This document shows positions 46,401 to 59,500 of a stretch of DNA of 64,000 nt, piece by piece. Source of the stretch: Raillietiella orientalis (taxonomy: Eukaryota). Position 1 is the stretch's first letter. Every line of letters starts with the position of its first letter. The position numbers and the translations under genes were made by a program. Under the pieces are notes generated by a model, which searched no databases, was not told the origin of the DNA, and saw only the letters and a list, made by a program, of their open reading frames with translations. The stretch spans positions 806,001 to 870,000 of the forward strand of contig JAYWIR010000045.1 in NCBI GenBank assembly GCA_036172245.1, read 5' to 3'.

Positions 46401-49300
46401 AGACAGCTTGAAAGAGCGAAGCTCTGCTAACGTCTTGCTTTTAAAGTGAACCGTGTTGGTGCAGATTCATCCTATGGCCGTGTTCTAGAAATTGATCCCT
46501 CAAATCCACGTAAGCACTACGAACGAAAATCTATGATCGCTGCATTCGTATTGAATTCTCTCCTTCTGCGCTGCAAATATATTTTGGAAAGTTCTGCTTA
46601 TGTCAGAACTGAAAGGGAAATGAAAGAATGTGTGTGTGTGCCCGAATTATGTTGCACCAACTTCGAATCCGATTGAGAGGCATCTGCTCGCTCTAAAGTA
46701 TCCATTCCCAGTCCAGTCGCAGGCGGAGTTTTAAAAGATTTTTGGATGGGTTCCCATTTCAGATTCCATTCCTATGGATGTAAGTATAAGGAGTGGCTCA
46801 TTGTACGTGTGTGCGTGTGTTTTTATTTTATTTTATTTTTTTATTTTTATGGGGCGGAGCTTTAAAAGACTTCCTTGTTGGAAAAAGCTCGTTCTCGAAG
46901 CCAACTTTAATTTTCATTTTTTTTTTTCTTCCTTCCCTATATGATGTACTTTTTTATTTGATTTGGGAGCTTTCGAAATGAAAAGGTCTGTGTATATAGC
47001 AACTGTGATCATTAGTTGGATATCTCTAATATGTGTGGAATTCAATTTATTCCTTCCCTTTCTCTCCTTTGCCCTTTTGAGTACACAATTAATAAAAACA
47101 TCTCGGCTTCGTCCTCTTTTGTAATGTCCTTGTGCTTCGATGGAATACTACGGGCATATAAACTTGGATGAAAAGAATTTTAGATTTGTTAGGTGAACGT
47201 GAAAACATGGCAGTCTCAGTTGTAAGTTAATCTTACAAGGATTCTGTTACCCTACGAAGGCATGTAGGTAGGGGAAAACTCTGGAATATTTCCCTTCATC
47301 AGTTCAAGCCATTGAACACAATTTTACTGATTATACTTTTGTTATTGAAATTGTGTAAAACAGGTAATAAGTAGATTAGCTCCGAGCAGTATGTTTTAGT
47401 TTGCAGTTTCGTGAAGAGTGCAAAAAGTAAGTGAATTTGAAGAATCTTCTGTAATTAGGCTACTACTAAGTCTAAAGGAATGAATAGCAAAGCACAAGAT
47501 GTGGAGCTTTCGGCCAGGAACTGGCTTGTGGATGGTTTCATTGACTGTATTTTCATTAACCTTTACGGATGAATTGGCATATCCATGAACAACACAAATG
47601 TATCCTTCGTTTTCTCTTATTGATTGTTCTCTTTTAGTCTGAAGCGCAGTCCTAGCCCAAATGTACAAGATACGTCTGGATACTGTGCTTTGCACCATGC
47701 TGCTCTCCATGGCCATAGGTAAATCCTTGCCGATTCTTGCCTATTCATAACGAAAGCAAAACCAAATGATTCTCTTCCCTCCCCTCCCACCCCCATCGTC
47801 CCCCACTTGATGCTTTTATTGAAAGTTGCCATTTACCCCATCTTATTACCAGTTGCAAAGAACTTTTGTACCCACTTAAAGCATTACGAATTGAAAACCA
47901 TAAGGATTTTCAGATAGCATCTGTGTGTGTAGTGTGTCGCATGACTTGTGTTTTGCATTTCCCACTTGCGTCGGAAGAATATCTGGAATTCACGCTCACC
48001 TTCATGTTTTCTGGTTTTAGCAAATGTGTGAAAATGCTTCTTGAATACGAAGCATCACCCAATGTCGTGGACCACAAAGGATCGAGTCCTCTTCACCTAG
48101 CTGCATGGGCAGGAAAGTTGGACGTAGTTAAATTATTGCTTTGTCATGGTCCATTGCTTGCTGATGTTAACTTGACAGTAAGAATAAATTTTCGAATTAA
48201 GTGGATAAGTTCGCTCCTTTACTTCAAGCGACGTTTGCCCAAACCGTGCAAGCTCGATTCTTTGTTTTGCCCCCTGGCCACTCTTCTAGAACAGCTTGCT
48301 GGCCCACGACTTATGTTTTCTGTTAAAACGGCAATGGCACTGTCAGATTGGGCATAAATGCACCCTCCTCTGAAATTGGCCCCGGGTCCCTTGCGGTTAT
48401 TTGAAAGCTTCGGTTGTTGTTTGCTTTTCTTATGTTATTTCCTCAGTCACATCCCAGGTACGCCTAGTGTACGCCAGATGTACCTTTGTGCTCGTACATC
48501 TCCAAAATCGGTTGATTGTGGTTACAGGAAAGCAAAATGTCGCGTGAAACTTCCGATTCATCCATGGTGACAAAGAGATAGCGCAGTGATTCCTTGTCGG
48601 ACCTTTGTGGCATCGGCATGTCTGTTTGCCAAGGCCAGCGACGTCCTTCAAGCTGGTTTTCTTCGCCTGCACCAGCTGATAGTTGGCGGTGCACATTTGC
48701 CGAAGCAGTTTCAGGGACTCGGGATAAAGTTACCTTGTTCAAGTGAGCGTATCGTCAACAGCTGTCGTGTAAAAAGAATGTGAGTCGTTGTGACGAGGTG
48801 ACGTTCGTGCACGAGCCGAAGAACTCTTTTTGTTTACTAAGACGGAAGGGGTGGGTGGGCGGGTGGGAACACATCGAGTGGCGATCGGATGGTGGTTGTC
48901 AAACGTGGTGTTGTGTAATAATGTTGAATGCGATACCGTCTTTCCGAAAATTCCTGCGCACACTCTATTCGTCTATATTTGGGGGCAGGGGGAGGGGATC
49001 GTGCAAGGCCAGTGGTGGATCGTGAAAGTGCGATTCTCGGTTTTCTGTTTTCTGTGGAATTTTTTGGGGGTGATTCGTAAGTGCGTTTCCCGGTTTTTAG
49101 CCCATATCGTGAAATGATGCTCAGCGAACGTGAGGAAGATTGACAAGTGCACTGAGGTGGAGGTTGTCTTCACAGCCGCGAATTCCAAAAGTTCCATTTT
49201 CTCATCCCGCTAATGGAGTTTCGATCATGGCGCGCGCGGGTGCCGTCTCCTAGCTCAAAACTTTGTTTCTCGTGCTTAACCGCGAAGTTGTCAGATGGAT

Positions 49301-49338
<38 letters not shown>

Positions 49339-52300
49339 CCGATCTTGTATCAGAACACTTCGCAGCACTTTTTTCCGACGTTGCCCGTGGCGATTCCAAT
49401 GTGAGTGTACTCCTTTGATTCCACAGTAGGAAAATGAAAACTGTAACTTGACATTTGTACTTCGTGCACTCTCGTGATTCCTGTTGACTCCTCTTTTCGT
49501 TGCCGCCCCTAAAATGCTTGATGTTTTCTAAGAATTTTGCATCGTGTTTTCTTAAAATAGACGTTTGAGTGAGTTTAGTTTCTCTTTTTCATTATCTTAG
49601 AACAATGATCATGAAACGGCGCTTCATTGTTCTGCACAACATGGTCATACTCAAGTAGTTCAATTCTTACTAGAAAACGGAGCTGACCCCACTATAGCAA
49701 ACGTACGCGAAGAAACGTCTTTAGAGCTTGCAGCACAGTTCGGTCGTTTGGAAACCGTGGAGGTCTTGATTCGAAGCCATCCCGAGCTCCTGCAACCTTT
49801 TGCGAGCGTCGAAAAGAAAAAGGAAGATGTGAGAATTTTCTCACGCACTCCGCTCCACGCTGCTGCACGTAACGGTCATAAGTGAGCCTTTGACGCAAAT
49901 ATGCTTATTTCTTTTTTTCCGTTCTTTCCTTCTTCTTTTTTTTTTTTTCTTTCCTCCCTCACTCCCCCCCCCCCTTTCTCTCTCTCTCTCTCTCTCTCTC
50001 CCTCGTTTTTTTCGAGTGACAGTGCTCTAAATCTTGCAGAGCTGTGGTTCAGCTCCTGCTCACGTGTGGCTATGATGTGAATTGCCGGACCCAGGCCGGC
50101 ACGGCCTTGCACGAGGCTGCTCTGTTCGGCAAAGTCCACATCGTACGTCTTTTGCTGCGAGCCGGAACAGACCCAAGATTGTGCGATAGCTCAGGCAGAA
50201 CTGTAACTGACGTGCTGCGTGGAATGCAGTGCCCCGTGGCTCGCGAAATCGTAGCCGTCATTGCAGGTTTGCCTTCGTGGAAAAACAGGACAGTGTTTTA
50301 AGTAGGCAATCAGAACACGTCTCCGAGCGGGACGTCATGAAGAGCAGCATGTACTCGACGTACAGCATGTATGATAACATGAGCGAAAGTTCGGACGCGA
50401 TCGATGTTCTCAGGTGAGACGAACGCCGTCCGCCCTCACAAAATCCTTACGTGGGTGTTGCTAGCACGTGTTCCACGTTCACGGGGAGCATCTCGGCGGC
50501 CTCTACGCTGCGCGAGGCGCACACGGCGGCGACCAGGACCCCGTTCTCGAACTCGAGCGACGTTCTGACGTGTTCCTGGCAGTATCTGTCCCCCGCGGAG
50601 GAATGCAAGAACAGCTTCAAGGCACCGCCGCCCGAAAAGGTAAGTGAGCTCCCCGTTTAGGAGGGAGGAGAAACGCTGAGAAAAATTGCAGCCTGTTCCT
50701 CCCAAGAAACCTCCGAGGCGTACGACTGGGCCCATAGAGTTCCCAGTTGTCGAGAGCGAACGCGGGCTTCCCCAGAAAAGCAAGAGCGTCGACTACGGCT
50801 CCCTATTCGTCGGGCTGAAAGTTGAAAAAAGAATGGAGGAAGATCTCGGTGGTGGTTGTAGCCAGAGCAGCAGTCTGGACGGGGAAATAAACTCAGAACA
50901 GGCATCCAGTCGCATTCCCGCCGCTGCACATATCCCCTTCGTTCGCCAAGACCCCCCCACTCCGAACCATCCGCCGCCACCAGCTGTCGTGGCAGAGGCT
51001 GATATTTTCAAGGCGATACATCCTTTCAGTCAGGTTTTCACTTTCTTCATCCTTTCCTCTGATTTGCTCGTCACCCACGATAAAAAGAACCTTCGTTCCC
51101 GAATCCCATTCACTCACGTTTTGCGCAACTTTTGGTTTCCTCTTTCAGGAAGTGAAGAAATCCCGGGATAGTGGAACTGAAACGGAGAAGGACGCGCTTC
51201 TGCTGTGGAACGCGCAAGCCGAGGACGGCAAAGTCCTGGCGGGGAGAGCAGCGCAAATGGGTAATGCTTTCACCAGGAAGTGGTGTTTTCCGAAGTCCTC
51301 GTTCGCACGAGGACCTCAGAAGGCACGCATCACGCCAGGAGGTCGCCGATGCGGACTCTTTTTCCCATCGCTTGTGGTGATTGTTAAAAATAGTAACGAT
51401 GGTAATAGGAGTAATAGCTATCACTGCGCATACGTTTATTAAACGATCAGAGCGGCAGGCAGCCGTAGACGTCACGGTGTGGCCACAATCTGCACCGAGT
51501 CGTCGTGCTGGTCCGCGTCTTTGTTCGCGTTCCTTCCCGGCCACTCGTCTTTCGACGTGGTCGATTGAAGCAATCCTTCGACCTCATGATTCCGCCGGAA
51601 AATCGGGATGCTCATCGAAGTGTGTATCCTGGAGCATTGTCCTGTTTCGTGACCGTCCATAGGTCGTTTTCCGCACGCGTGTTTTTTTTTTTTTTTTGTT
51701 TGTTTGAGAGGAGAGGAGGGGGGGGGATGCCCGGCGGACACCTCAGTCAGCGAATTCACCCGGCCCTGGTCTCTCTGCCCATTGTCTGGGCTTGCCTGCC
51801 ATTCGAGCTCCTCGCGACTGGTCATCTGTGCGCTGCCGCGCGAAGAAGAAATCCCGTGTCGTTTCGCGTTCTCCAGAGTCCCGAACTAGTTTGCCTGGTC
51901 TCTCGCTGTTCTCCTCGCAAACGTTAATTGTTCCCCCGTGTGTAGAGAAGGCTGAGGCGGATGCGTGCAGCCCCCGCGCCCAGGATGTGGACGCCAGCAG
52001 CGCAGAAGGCAGTGGCAGCACCCGGACGTCCATAGCGACCCAGATCTCCGACAGCGACGAAGGCGACAACCACAAGGTGATGAACGACGCGTTGCAGCTG
52101 CCTGCGGTCGACGAGAGTCCCGAGTGGAAGGACATTTCGACGATACTGTCCACCCTCAAGTCTAGTCTCAACAACGAGTTCACCTTGCTGAAGGAGGTCG
52201 AGAAGGAACTCTTCGACCGCCTAGGTACGGCTCCCCTGCCCTTCGCCTCGCAGTCCGTGGGGTCGCGGCATGCGGCTGCTCTCCCCTCCCCAGGGCGGAC

Positions 52301-53329
52301 GGAGAGCTGGCACGCTAAGGATCAGATTGTCAGTGTCGGCCAGTGGCTGGCAGAACTGGGCCTCCCGCAGTACGAGAACCTCTTCGCAAGACACGGTTTC
52401 GATGACCTAAGATTTCTGGTTCGTTTTCGGCTCTTTCCGCGGCCGCCGCACGCTGATCCTTCCCAATTTCTTAGGGAGGAACCCTGCTCGAGGAAAAGGA
52501 CCTCCAGGAGATCGGCGTTTACGACTGCTCCCACAGATACTTGATCCTTCACGCCTCCCTGTTCCTTTCTCCCCTTGCCTTGCCACCGGTGCAAAACGTA
52601 CGGGAGTGGCTGTGTATGCTGCGCCTGCCCCAGTATGCAGACTCGTTCGTCAGGGAAGGCTACTTGGATTTCAACTGCATACCCGCCTTGAGCGACGCGG
52701 ACTTGAGGATCCTCGGAGTGCACGTTTCGGGACATCGCAGGAGGATCCTCATTTCCCTGAAGCATTACAAACAGCAGAACTCGACGTCCGCCACGGTGCG
52801 GTCGAGGAAAACGAAACGCCCTCCTCCTCCCCCCTCATATAAATTGTATCTCCGCAACCCTGCTCATCTGATCGTCAGCCCCGTGCACACCCTCTCGCTA
52901 TCTTGGAAGCATCCTCCGGAAGCCTTGATCCGGAGCTGCCAGGAGTATGAAGTTCGCTACGTGGGCGCGGTGATGTACCAGCCGAACGCGAACAGCTTGA
53001 GCTCGTTCAGAGACGCAGTCCAGCACTTGAAAGAATCGGACACCTTGGCGACGGCTGCCGTTATATCTGTGTCCTATTGTGATATTACCTTGCGTCGCCT
53101 CGGGTCACGGGAATTGTTGGTCCAGCTCAACATCAAGCAGGTTCGTTGCGCATGCCAGGATGCGGACGACCTCCGTCACTTCGCGCTCATTGTCTGGGAC
53201 GACGCTCGGTGCCTGCAGTGTTACCATCTCTTCATCGCCTCCACTCTTGATCTTTCTTCAGAAATCCTGATGACTTTTGGGGAGGCTTTCGAAATCGCCT
53301 ATCAGCTCACCTTGCGGTCGGTTAGCTAA
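43340..53329 (+). CDS. ANKS1: Ankyrin repeat and SAM domain-containing protein 1 family adaptor (ANK-SAM-SAM-PTB), full span, about 946 aa
   Basis: join(43340..43446,47638..47718,48021..48177,49601..49881,50040..50266,50314..50413,50465..50639,50692..51033,51149..51260,51946..52224,52294..52418,52475..53329) = 2841 nt in frame. N-terminus [15 protein letters not shown] resembles ANKS1A/B; ankyrin repeats, two SAM domains and a C-terminal PTB ending [11 protein letters not shown]. The central low-complexity exons are less certain. Confidence 0.9.
47638..47718 (+). CDS. ANKS1: ANKS1 ankyrin exon
   Basis: ttttag|T CTG AAG...CAT AG|gtaaat; [27 protein letters not shown]. Confidence 0.9.
48021..48177 (+). 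CDS. ANKS1: ANKS1 ankyrin exon
   Basis: ttttag|C AAA TGT...TTG ACA|gtaaga; [44 protein letters not shown]. Confidence 0.92.
49302..49338. repeat. Poly(T) run in an ANKS1 intron
   Basis: About 37 consecutive T. Confidence 0.9.
49601..49881 (+). CDS. ANKS1: ANKS1 ankyrin exon
   Basis: cttag|AAC AAT GAT...CAT AA|gtgagc; [16 protein letters not shown]...[12 protein letters not shown]...[12 protein letters not shown] (not in the ORF track). Confidence 0.92.
49977..50000. repeat. (TC)n microsatellite in an ANKS1 intron
   Basis: About 12 TC units inside a long polypyrimidine tract upstream of the 50039/50040 acceptor. Confidence 0.85.
50040..51260 (+). CDS. ANKS1: ANKS1 last ankyrin repeat and linker exons (50040-50266, 50314-50413, 50465-50639, 50692-51033, 51149-51260)
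   Basis: [23 protein letters not shown]; Pro-rich [10 protein letters not shown] and PPTPNHPPP; short GT-AG introns with consistent phases. Confidence 0.8.
51946..53329 (+). CDS. ANKS1: ANKS1 SAM1, SAM2 and PTB exons (51946-52224, 52294-52418, 52475-53329)
   Basis: [60 protein letters not shown]...[19 protein letters not shown]...[13 protein letters not shown]...[14 protein letters not shown] at 53327-53329. Confidence 0.92.
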
Positions 53330-53560
53330 TAGCGAGCGATGGTCGACTCCCGGTGCCAAAATGTCTTTGCTTCGAAACTCTGTATTTTGTGCAATCGTGA
53401 AAGTCATCCAGCTTTTGGTGTTATGCTTACGATGCCAAGCAGGAATTGGAGACGCATATTCTTTGTTTTCCGTTGTCAAATGAAATATATATTTATTAGG
53501 ATCAGTGGAAAAGATGTTCTGGAAGTAGCGGGGACTTTTTCTCCGCAGGTCCGCGTTCTC

Positions 53561-53566
53561 AATAAA
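53561..53566 (+). terminator. Putative ANKS1 polyadenylation signal AATAAA
   Basis: AATAAA about 230 nt after the stop codon. Confidence 0.5.
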
Positions 53567-56500
53567 GTTGCATACTTGAGAAAATAATAGCATTCCGTCT
53601 CGAAAGAGACTTCCGTTTCGATGGGAACCCTGAACACTCCAGATGACTTTGCGGAGAATACATGGTGCATGCTCGGTCCAGACTTCGAAAGTGACTGATC
53701 GCAGTCACTTTCCAGATCAGGTCCAGGTGGAACTGGGTATCCGATGAACGTCTCGAGCAGTCCAGAACAGCAAGCAAAGATACCTCGGGGATTTTTGTTT
53801 TTTTTTTTTCAGGAATGCGGAGGGTCCTTTGACTGCTTCGTACAGTTCCCTATTTGTGTAAGGTTCAGTCGGGAACTTTTCTGAGAGTACTTTAAGGGTG
53901 CATCAGTGGTCTGCAAAGCCAAACCTCATCCCCATCGTCTCGGTCGCTGTTTTTCGCATATGCCCGTCCTGTAATGGGATGTATCTGCGAGACTAGAAGA
54001 TGTGATAAGGAGATCTCGAAAAACGGGATAATCATCAAGTCGTTGGTGCGTAATGAGGCACGGTCGACTGTCGGACTTCTTTCCGTGAAATCGGTGGCCC
54101 CATTCTTTAGAAGGCACGCCTGCTAGTAGCGGGACGGGAGGGTAAGACCCGATGGGCAGTTGTCCATGCAAACATCTTTCACGCTAATGCATGTTCCCTT
54201 GAGCGCGGGCCGCTTCGTCTGAAAGCGAGGTATCCGCCTAATCCGCAGAAAGTTTGGCCTGTCTTTTCCGGACACGGTCTCTCCCACGTCTGGAGTCTGC
54301 AAGCCGAGCGACGCGCGTTCCCCACCGCCAGCTCCGACCTGATGCTGCCCTTCCGCTGTTGCCCGTCTTCGGTGTCGACGGCAACAAGCTGTCCGTAAAA
54401 ACCTTCTTTCTTAAATTGAACCTCAGTGTGCCAGGGTGTATCCGAAAAGTCCCCCAGCAGAATGGCGGTTTTTTATGGAGAGTAAATGATGTCTCGGAGT
54501 AGAATGATTCGGAATTCGCTGATCATTTACTTGGGTCCTGTTTACGGCTGGGAGAGTTTGCAGCCGGCCGTAAAAGTGCGAGGGAATGTCTTTGAACATG
54601 TCTCAGGAGGCCTCGGTAAGATGTAGGCTTGTTCGGACAGATCCGTTCGTAGTCCAGCCTCCAGAGCAGCGGGTCATCGACATCCATACACTCCAATACT
54701 TCAGTTGTAAGAATCCACCAGATGGTCGGCAGCGCGCAAATCATTCACTAAATGGCACGGCCAACTTTTTCCGACGCGTAGCGCATGAAACTGTTCTGGA
54801 CAAGACTGAAGATTCTCGATTTTTTTGTGTGCTTTCCCGTCGTCCTTCGTGTTTCTTCCCGAATCCCCGGACGTGCAGCACTTTTTTGGCTTCGAAGAAA
54901 CCCAGCGGGACTTCCGATTCAGAACAGTTGCCAGATGCACGCTCATTCGTTTCAGCTCGCTTTCAGCTTCCCTTCTTCGAGTTGAAGGTTCCAGGGTGGA
55001 CGGTGCAGGTCCTCCAACACCTTTCCCTCTCATTGCTTCCCGCATTATTGTCAAAGGCTTATCCATCCGGTCGTCCTCGAAGGCCTGCAGAGGTAACGGA
55101 GGTGAATCCTTCGCGATTTCTGCTGCTGCAGATTCGTTCCCCGTTCGCGGTTCCTCATCGGGAAGGGGATGCATTCGATCGCTCTTGCGAAGCTGCCGCT
55201 CGATCGGAGCAGGGTTCGGTGCGTTTAGCAAGCTCCTTCCTGTTGCGCGCCGGCATCCCTGCGAGCACATCTTCTGGGAGTGCTCCACTACAGAGATTTC
55301 CCTGTTGTCGATTGTTGTCGGCTATCGGTGTGTCCCTAGGTACACCGCGTGCCGTACCGCATCCTCCTTGCTCTAGGATCCCGCGTGCTGTTGCTTCCGA
55401 TCCACTCCTCGCGCCCGCCCTCTGCGCTGCCGGCTTCGTTCGTCCGAGGCCTTCGTACGGCAGCCCTGAGCTTCACCCTTCCGCTGCGTGACCACCGTCA
55501 GGAAACAAACAGGCCAAACTCGGAAAGTGCGGTCCTTTGCAGATCGCGTGACCTCAGACTCTTTCTCCGCCCGGCCTAACTCTCGGGTTCCGTCGATGCA
55601 GTCTGCCGGGCGACGTTTCGTTCGCGCCAGTCGATTCTCCCAGCACTTCCTCGCTGCACTCTTTCGCTCCTCTTCGCTTCCTTCCGTTTTTTCCCGGGTT
55701 TCCAGTCGATCTCCCTCAGAGGAGATGGACCGCCACGCTTGTGGGTGAGAAATGAGTGTGCCGGGAAAGTCATCCCCTGCATCTGGCACTGACGAGCCGC
55801 TCTTCGCCTCACAGTTCGGCTCCTTGTCGAAACACCAGTGGCTGGTGAGTCTCCTCCATTCCGGCCTTTGATCTGCGGAGTTCGCTTCCTTCTCCTCCTC
55901 CTGGCTTCTTCATCCATCAGCACTTTTTTTTTTTTCTCCGCCTCCTGGAATGCAGCCAAGGGCACACGGTGAAATCTTTCGTGGAGAAGGAGGGAGCAGG
56001 AAACATCCGGAACGGACTCTTGATTTGACGCACTGGAAAGTTAAAAAGAACGGCGCCCTCATCGTGAGCACGCGAGTCTTCAAAATCCCGTGAGCGACTC
56101 TGTGAAGCGCGTCTGACGCTGCATCAAAGCTGGATGCGCCCTTCTTCAGGTGCTCCTCCGCCGACAGCCGATGCAGGCATCCCTTCTTCCCCCTTTCGGC
56201 GTTTCCAAGGGCTTCCGAAGGTTCGGCCAGCTTCTTAGATTTCTTCCTTGGACCAACCACCCGACTTTTTGCTTCCTTGCAGCTCCGGGCATTCGTCCTC
56301 GGAGATAGGGAGAGGTCAGCAGCGATCTTGTGCCGCGAGGCAAGTGCGGCGAGAGGTTCCGCTCCTTCCTGGTTTGCTTGCTCTGTCGCTGCTCTGCACG
56401 TCACCAGGCATGCCTAATCTTTCAGGTGTTTGCCTCCAGGCGGGTGGGAGATGATGATGACCACGTTGTTCGCGCGATCCTTCATAGCCTCAGGCATGAA

Positions 56501-59500
56501 AAGATGCCTTTGATTCCTCAGCTTCACGGGCCTCCCCTCCATTTGCCTCGTTCCTCGCTTCCCGTCCTCTCCCGTGGGCGACGCTCCCCTTTCGCCATCC
56601 ACTCCAGAATGCGGAAGTCTCATCCCGGGGGACTCAGGGTTCCAGGTCTGTGGAAGTATCCCACACGGCAACCCCTTCTTCCAGGAAAAACTGTCCACGG
56701 TGACATCTGGCAGGCATCTTTTCTTCTCTGGCCGAGCGAGCATTTCTCACCCCCTGTTTCTTCCCCTGTCATTTCTTCGCAACCAGGAAATCGAGACGTT
56801 CTTCGCCTGCTCGTCGACAGCGGAAGATGTCGGAGAGAGCGACCGGCATTCTTCCCCGCCTGCCTGATGTTTCTTCTTTAGGGCATGTTTCCGTAATTCT
56901 GGCCAGTTTGTTGGGCCTCCCGGCTCCCTCTCCATGCCGAGAAGGCCAATTTTTGTTTCCCTTTTTTCCCTCAGAGTGAAAATCGAGGGAGGGTATGGCG
57001 GGATGAGGGTGTTCCACACCACCCGACCAGACTCCTGAAGCTTCAAATCCTCAAGAGATTCGGATTTCGGCGCGAGTCGGCAGACTAACACGCGCCCTCT
57101 GGGAGAAAAGTCGAACCGGAGGCATCCGTACGCGGGAAAGATGTTCTCCCGCCGAGCGTCCGCGATGACCACCGGACCACGCACGTGGAAGCAACACAGA
57201 ACACGGAGCTACACGGCCGCCCCGTGTGCCAGACGGCCAGAGCCTGCTCACGGATAAATACCCTGCGGACCAAAAGAATGGGTGCGACCGAGAAACGCAT
57301 GGCTTTGCCACAAGATCACTTCCGATTCTAGAAACGAATGGAAGCTGCGGAAAGCAGAAGCTGCTGAGAGCATGCAGGAGGAGGAAGTCCAAAAGCTCAG
57401 TGGAACATCAGAATGGAAAGGGAGGAGGAAGGAACTCCACTCCGTGTACCACGTGGCAGGCGGAAAAGCGGGTTTTCGAGAAATCCGCAGGGCATTCTTC
57501 CGGTGTGGACCTTGCATGTACCCCCTTGCTGTTTATCTATCTATCAACCGCCTGTTCTGTCACCGCCACCGCCGATTCTTGCCAAGCTACCACCATTCTT
57601 TCTTGTTTTTCTTCCCTCCTGATGAGCTTTTGGTACTTCTTCTTTTTTTTTTTTTTTTTACAAGCATCGGCGGTCGTCAGCATCTGGGAGGAAGCAACTT
57701 TCACGCAACCTCTTGGTGACATTTCTCAGCAATTCAGACGTTGCGCGCATGCTCGGGACTGATGACGTCACCGCCGCATCAAGCACGTCGCTGAGATTCC
57801 CTGCCTGACTCGCTTTTTCTGCCCGTCATCATTCGAGACTGCTCCGATCCACTTCCGAGAACGGTGGGTGTCTCTCGGCCGAGGTGCGCCGCATTCGACG
57901 CGACACCGCGGGGTGCTGTGCGAACAACTCAGGGATCGGAGCACACGCCGAGGCGGTCGCAAAGGCGGTTTGCCTCGAGGATGAAAATCTCTCTCGGAAA
58001 AACGCGCCCGCTCTCCCCTGTGAAGAGAGCCCGTTGTACTCAGGTCCCGACTCCGGGGTCAGAACCTGAGACGGTTTTCCAGGAGCCGACCCTGGAAGGC
58101 AGAGCCCGAACGGAAGAGTGGCTCCGTTCCTCTCCGGTCCGATTCGCACCAGGGGAGGAGGAGGAGACTGGCGGAAACAAGGTCGGGCGCACGTCGGGAA
58201 CGCCTGGCCACCCGTGCGCGCATGCGCCCTGTCGTCTCGGCCAGGCCGTCCCGCTGAGGTCTACCCGCCGACTGCAAGCCGTGCCGGCGCGTTCCGATTT
58301 TCGGAATTTCACGCTTCGGCGGTCCGCAATGGGAAGGGGGGTTGCGAAGGGGGAGGGGAAAAAGGAAGGACGGAGTGACATTCCGGAGGAGCGCCTTCGA
58401 ACTCCGGGCTCTCGTCGAGAGGCAAAGGATTTATCTGTCCCTCCGCCATAATAAGCCAGAGCGGGAGACACGCCCCGACCTAGGATGAATAATTCAAAGG
58501 ACACAGGTTTACATTGGGGCCCTCCTCGAGCCCGTCTTGATTTCCTGAGGCAGCTCCGTTTCGGGAGGGAGGCAGTTCGCAGGGGCGCCTCCCTTTTGTT
58601 TGCACTCCCGGAATCACTTGGCGGAGGCACGGGAGAGAAATGGTTGGTCCCCTGTCCCATTTCTCTTGCGCGCGCTTCCCTTTGTGGGCGCCGGGGGACG
58701 CGTCCTTTCACGGAAGGCGCGCGATGTTTCACCTCTGCGCACGTACCCTCGAGCAGCAGAGCCTCGCGCGGGCACGGGGAGGGAGAGGGGGAGGGGTGAG
58801 AAGGCTGCTCGCGCGTGGGGGACAGAAAGGCTCTGAGGCTGCTGGAGCCGTGGAGACACGGCGCAAGTCGAGGAAGCGCGGCGAAGGGGTTCGCTCCTCG
58901 TGGGTTCGGCCAGGGGCATCTCCCCACGGGGAGGGGTGGCCGAAAAATTTCCCCGAATTTCCCTGGGGAAGAGTTGCTCTTTTTCCTCCGGGCCATCCCC
59001 ATCTGTCCGAGGAAAGAGGCTGAGGTGGAAGGGGGGCTCGCATCTTCGGCTGTCGACTCGGAACTCTTTCCCGGCTCTGGACCGGGAAACAAAGCCAAAC
59101 ATACCCGTTGGCCCCGGGTCCAAATGATCCCCGCGCGCGCGAGGCCAGTCCCGTTTCCGCGACGACCGCCGGGTCGTCCCTCCCGGGAGCTCCCTCCCCG
59201 TTGCCGTCGCGGACCGCGAAAGGCGGGCCAGGTGTTCCCCCCCTCTCAATCAGCCCTCTCTGTGCTATTCTCCTCGGACGGGACCTCGGGGGAAGACTCG
59301 CCTCTTCGCTGCGCTCCAGGGTGACGCGTCTCCACGGGGGACTCTTTTTGCTCCGGGTCCGGATGGAAGAAGTAACGAGAGCGAGGTGCATGCGAGGGAA
59401 GCTGGAAGAGGTTGCCGGCGAGAGGCGAACGGAAGGGGGGAATCTTCCCATCTATCTGAGGGAAGGAAGAAGAGAGCGCACCGGGAGATCCCAGTAGGAC

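Noticed and set aside
51440..51662. Possible extra ANKS1 cassette exon (open frame after GATCAG|AG)
   Set aside because: Weak splice signals, no recognisable similarity, and not needed for frame continuity.
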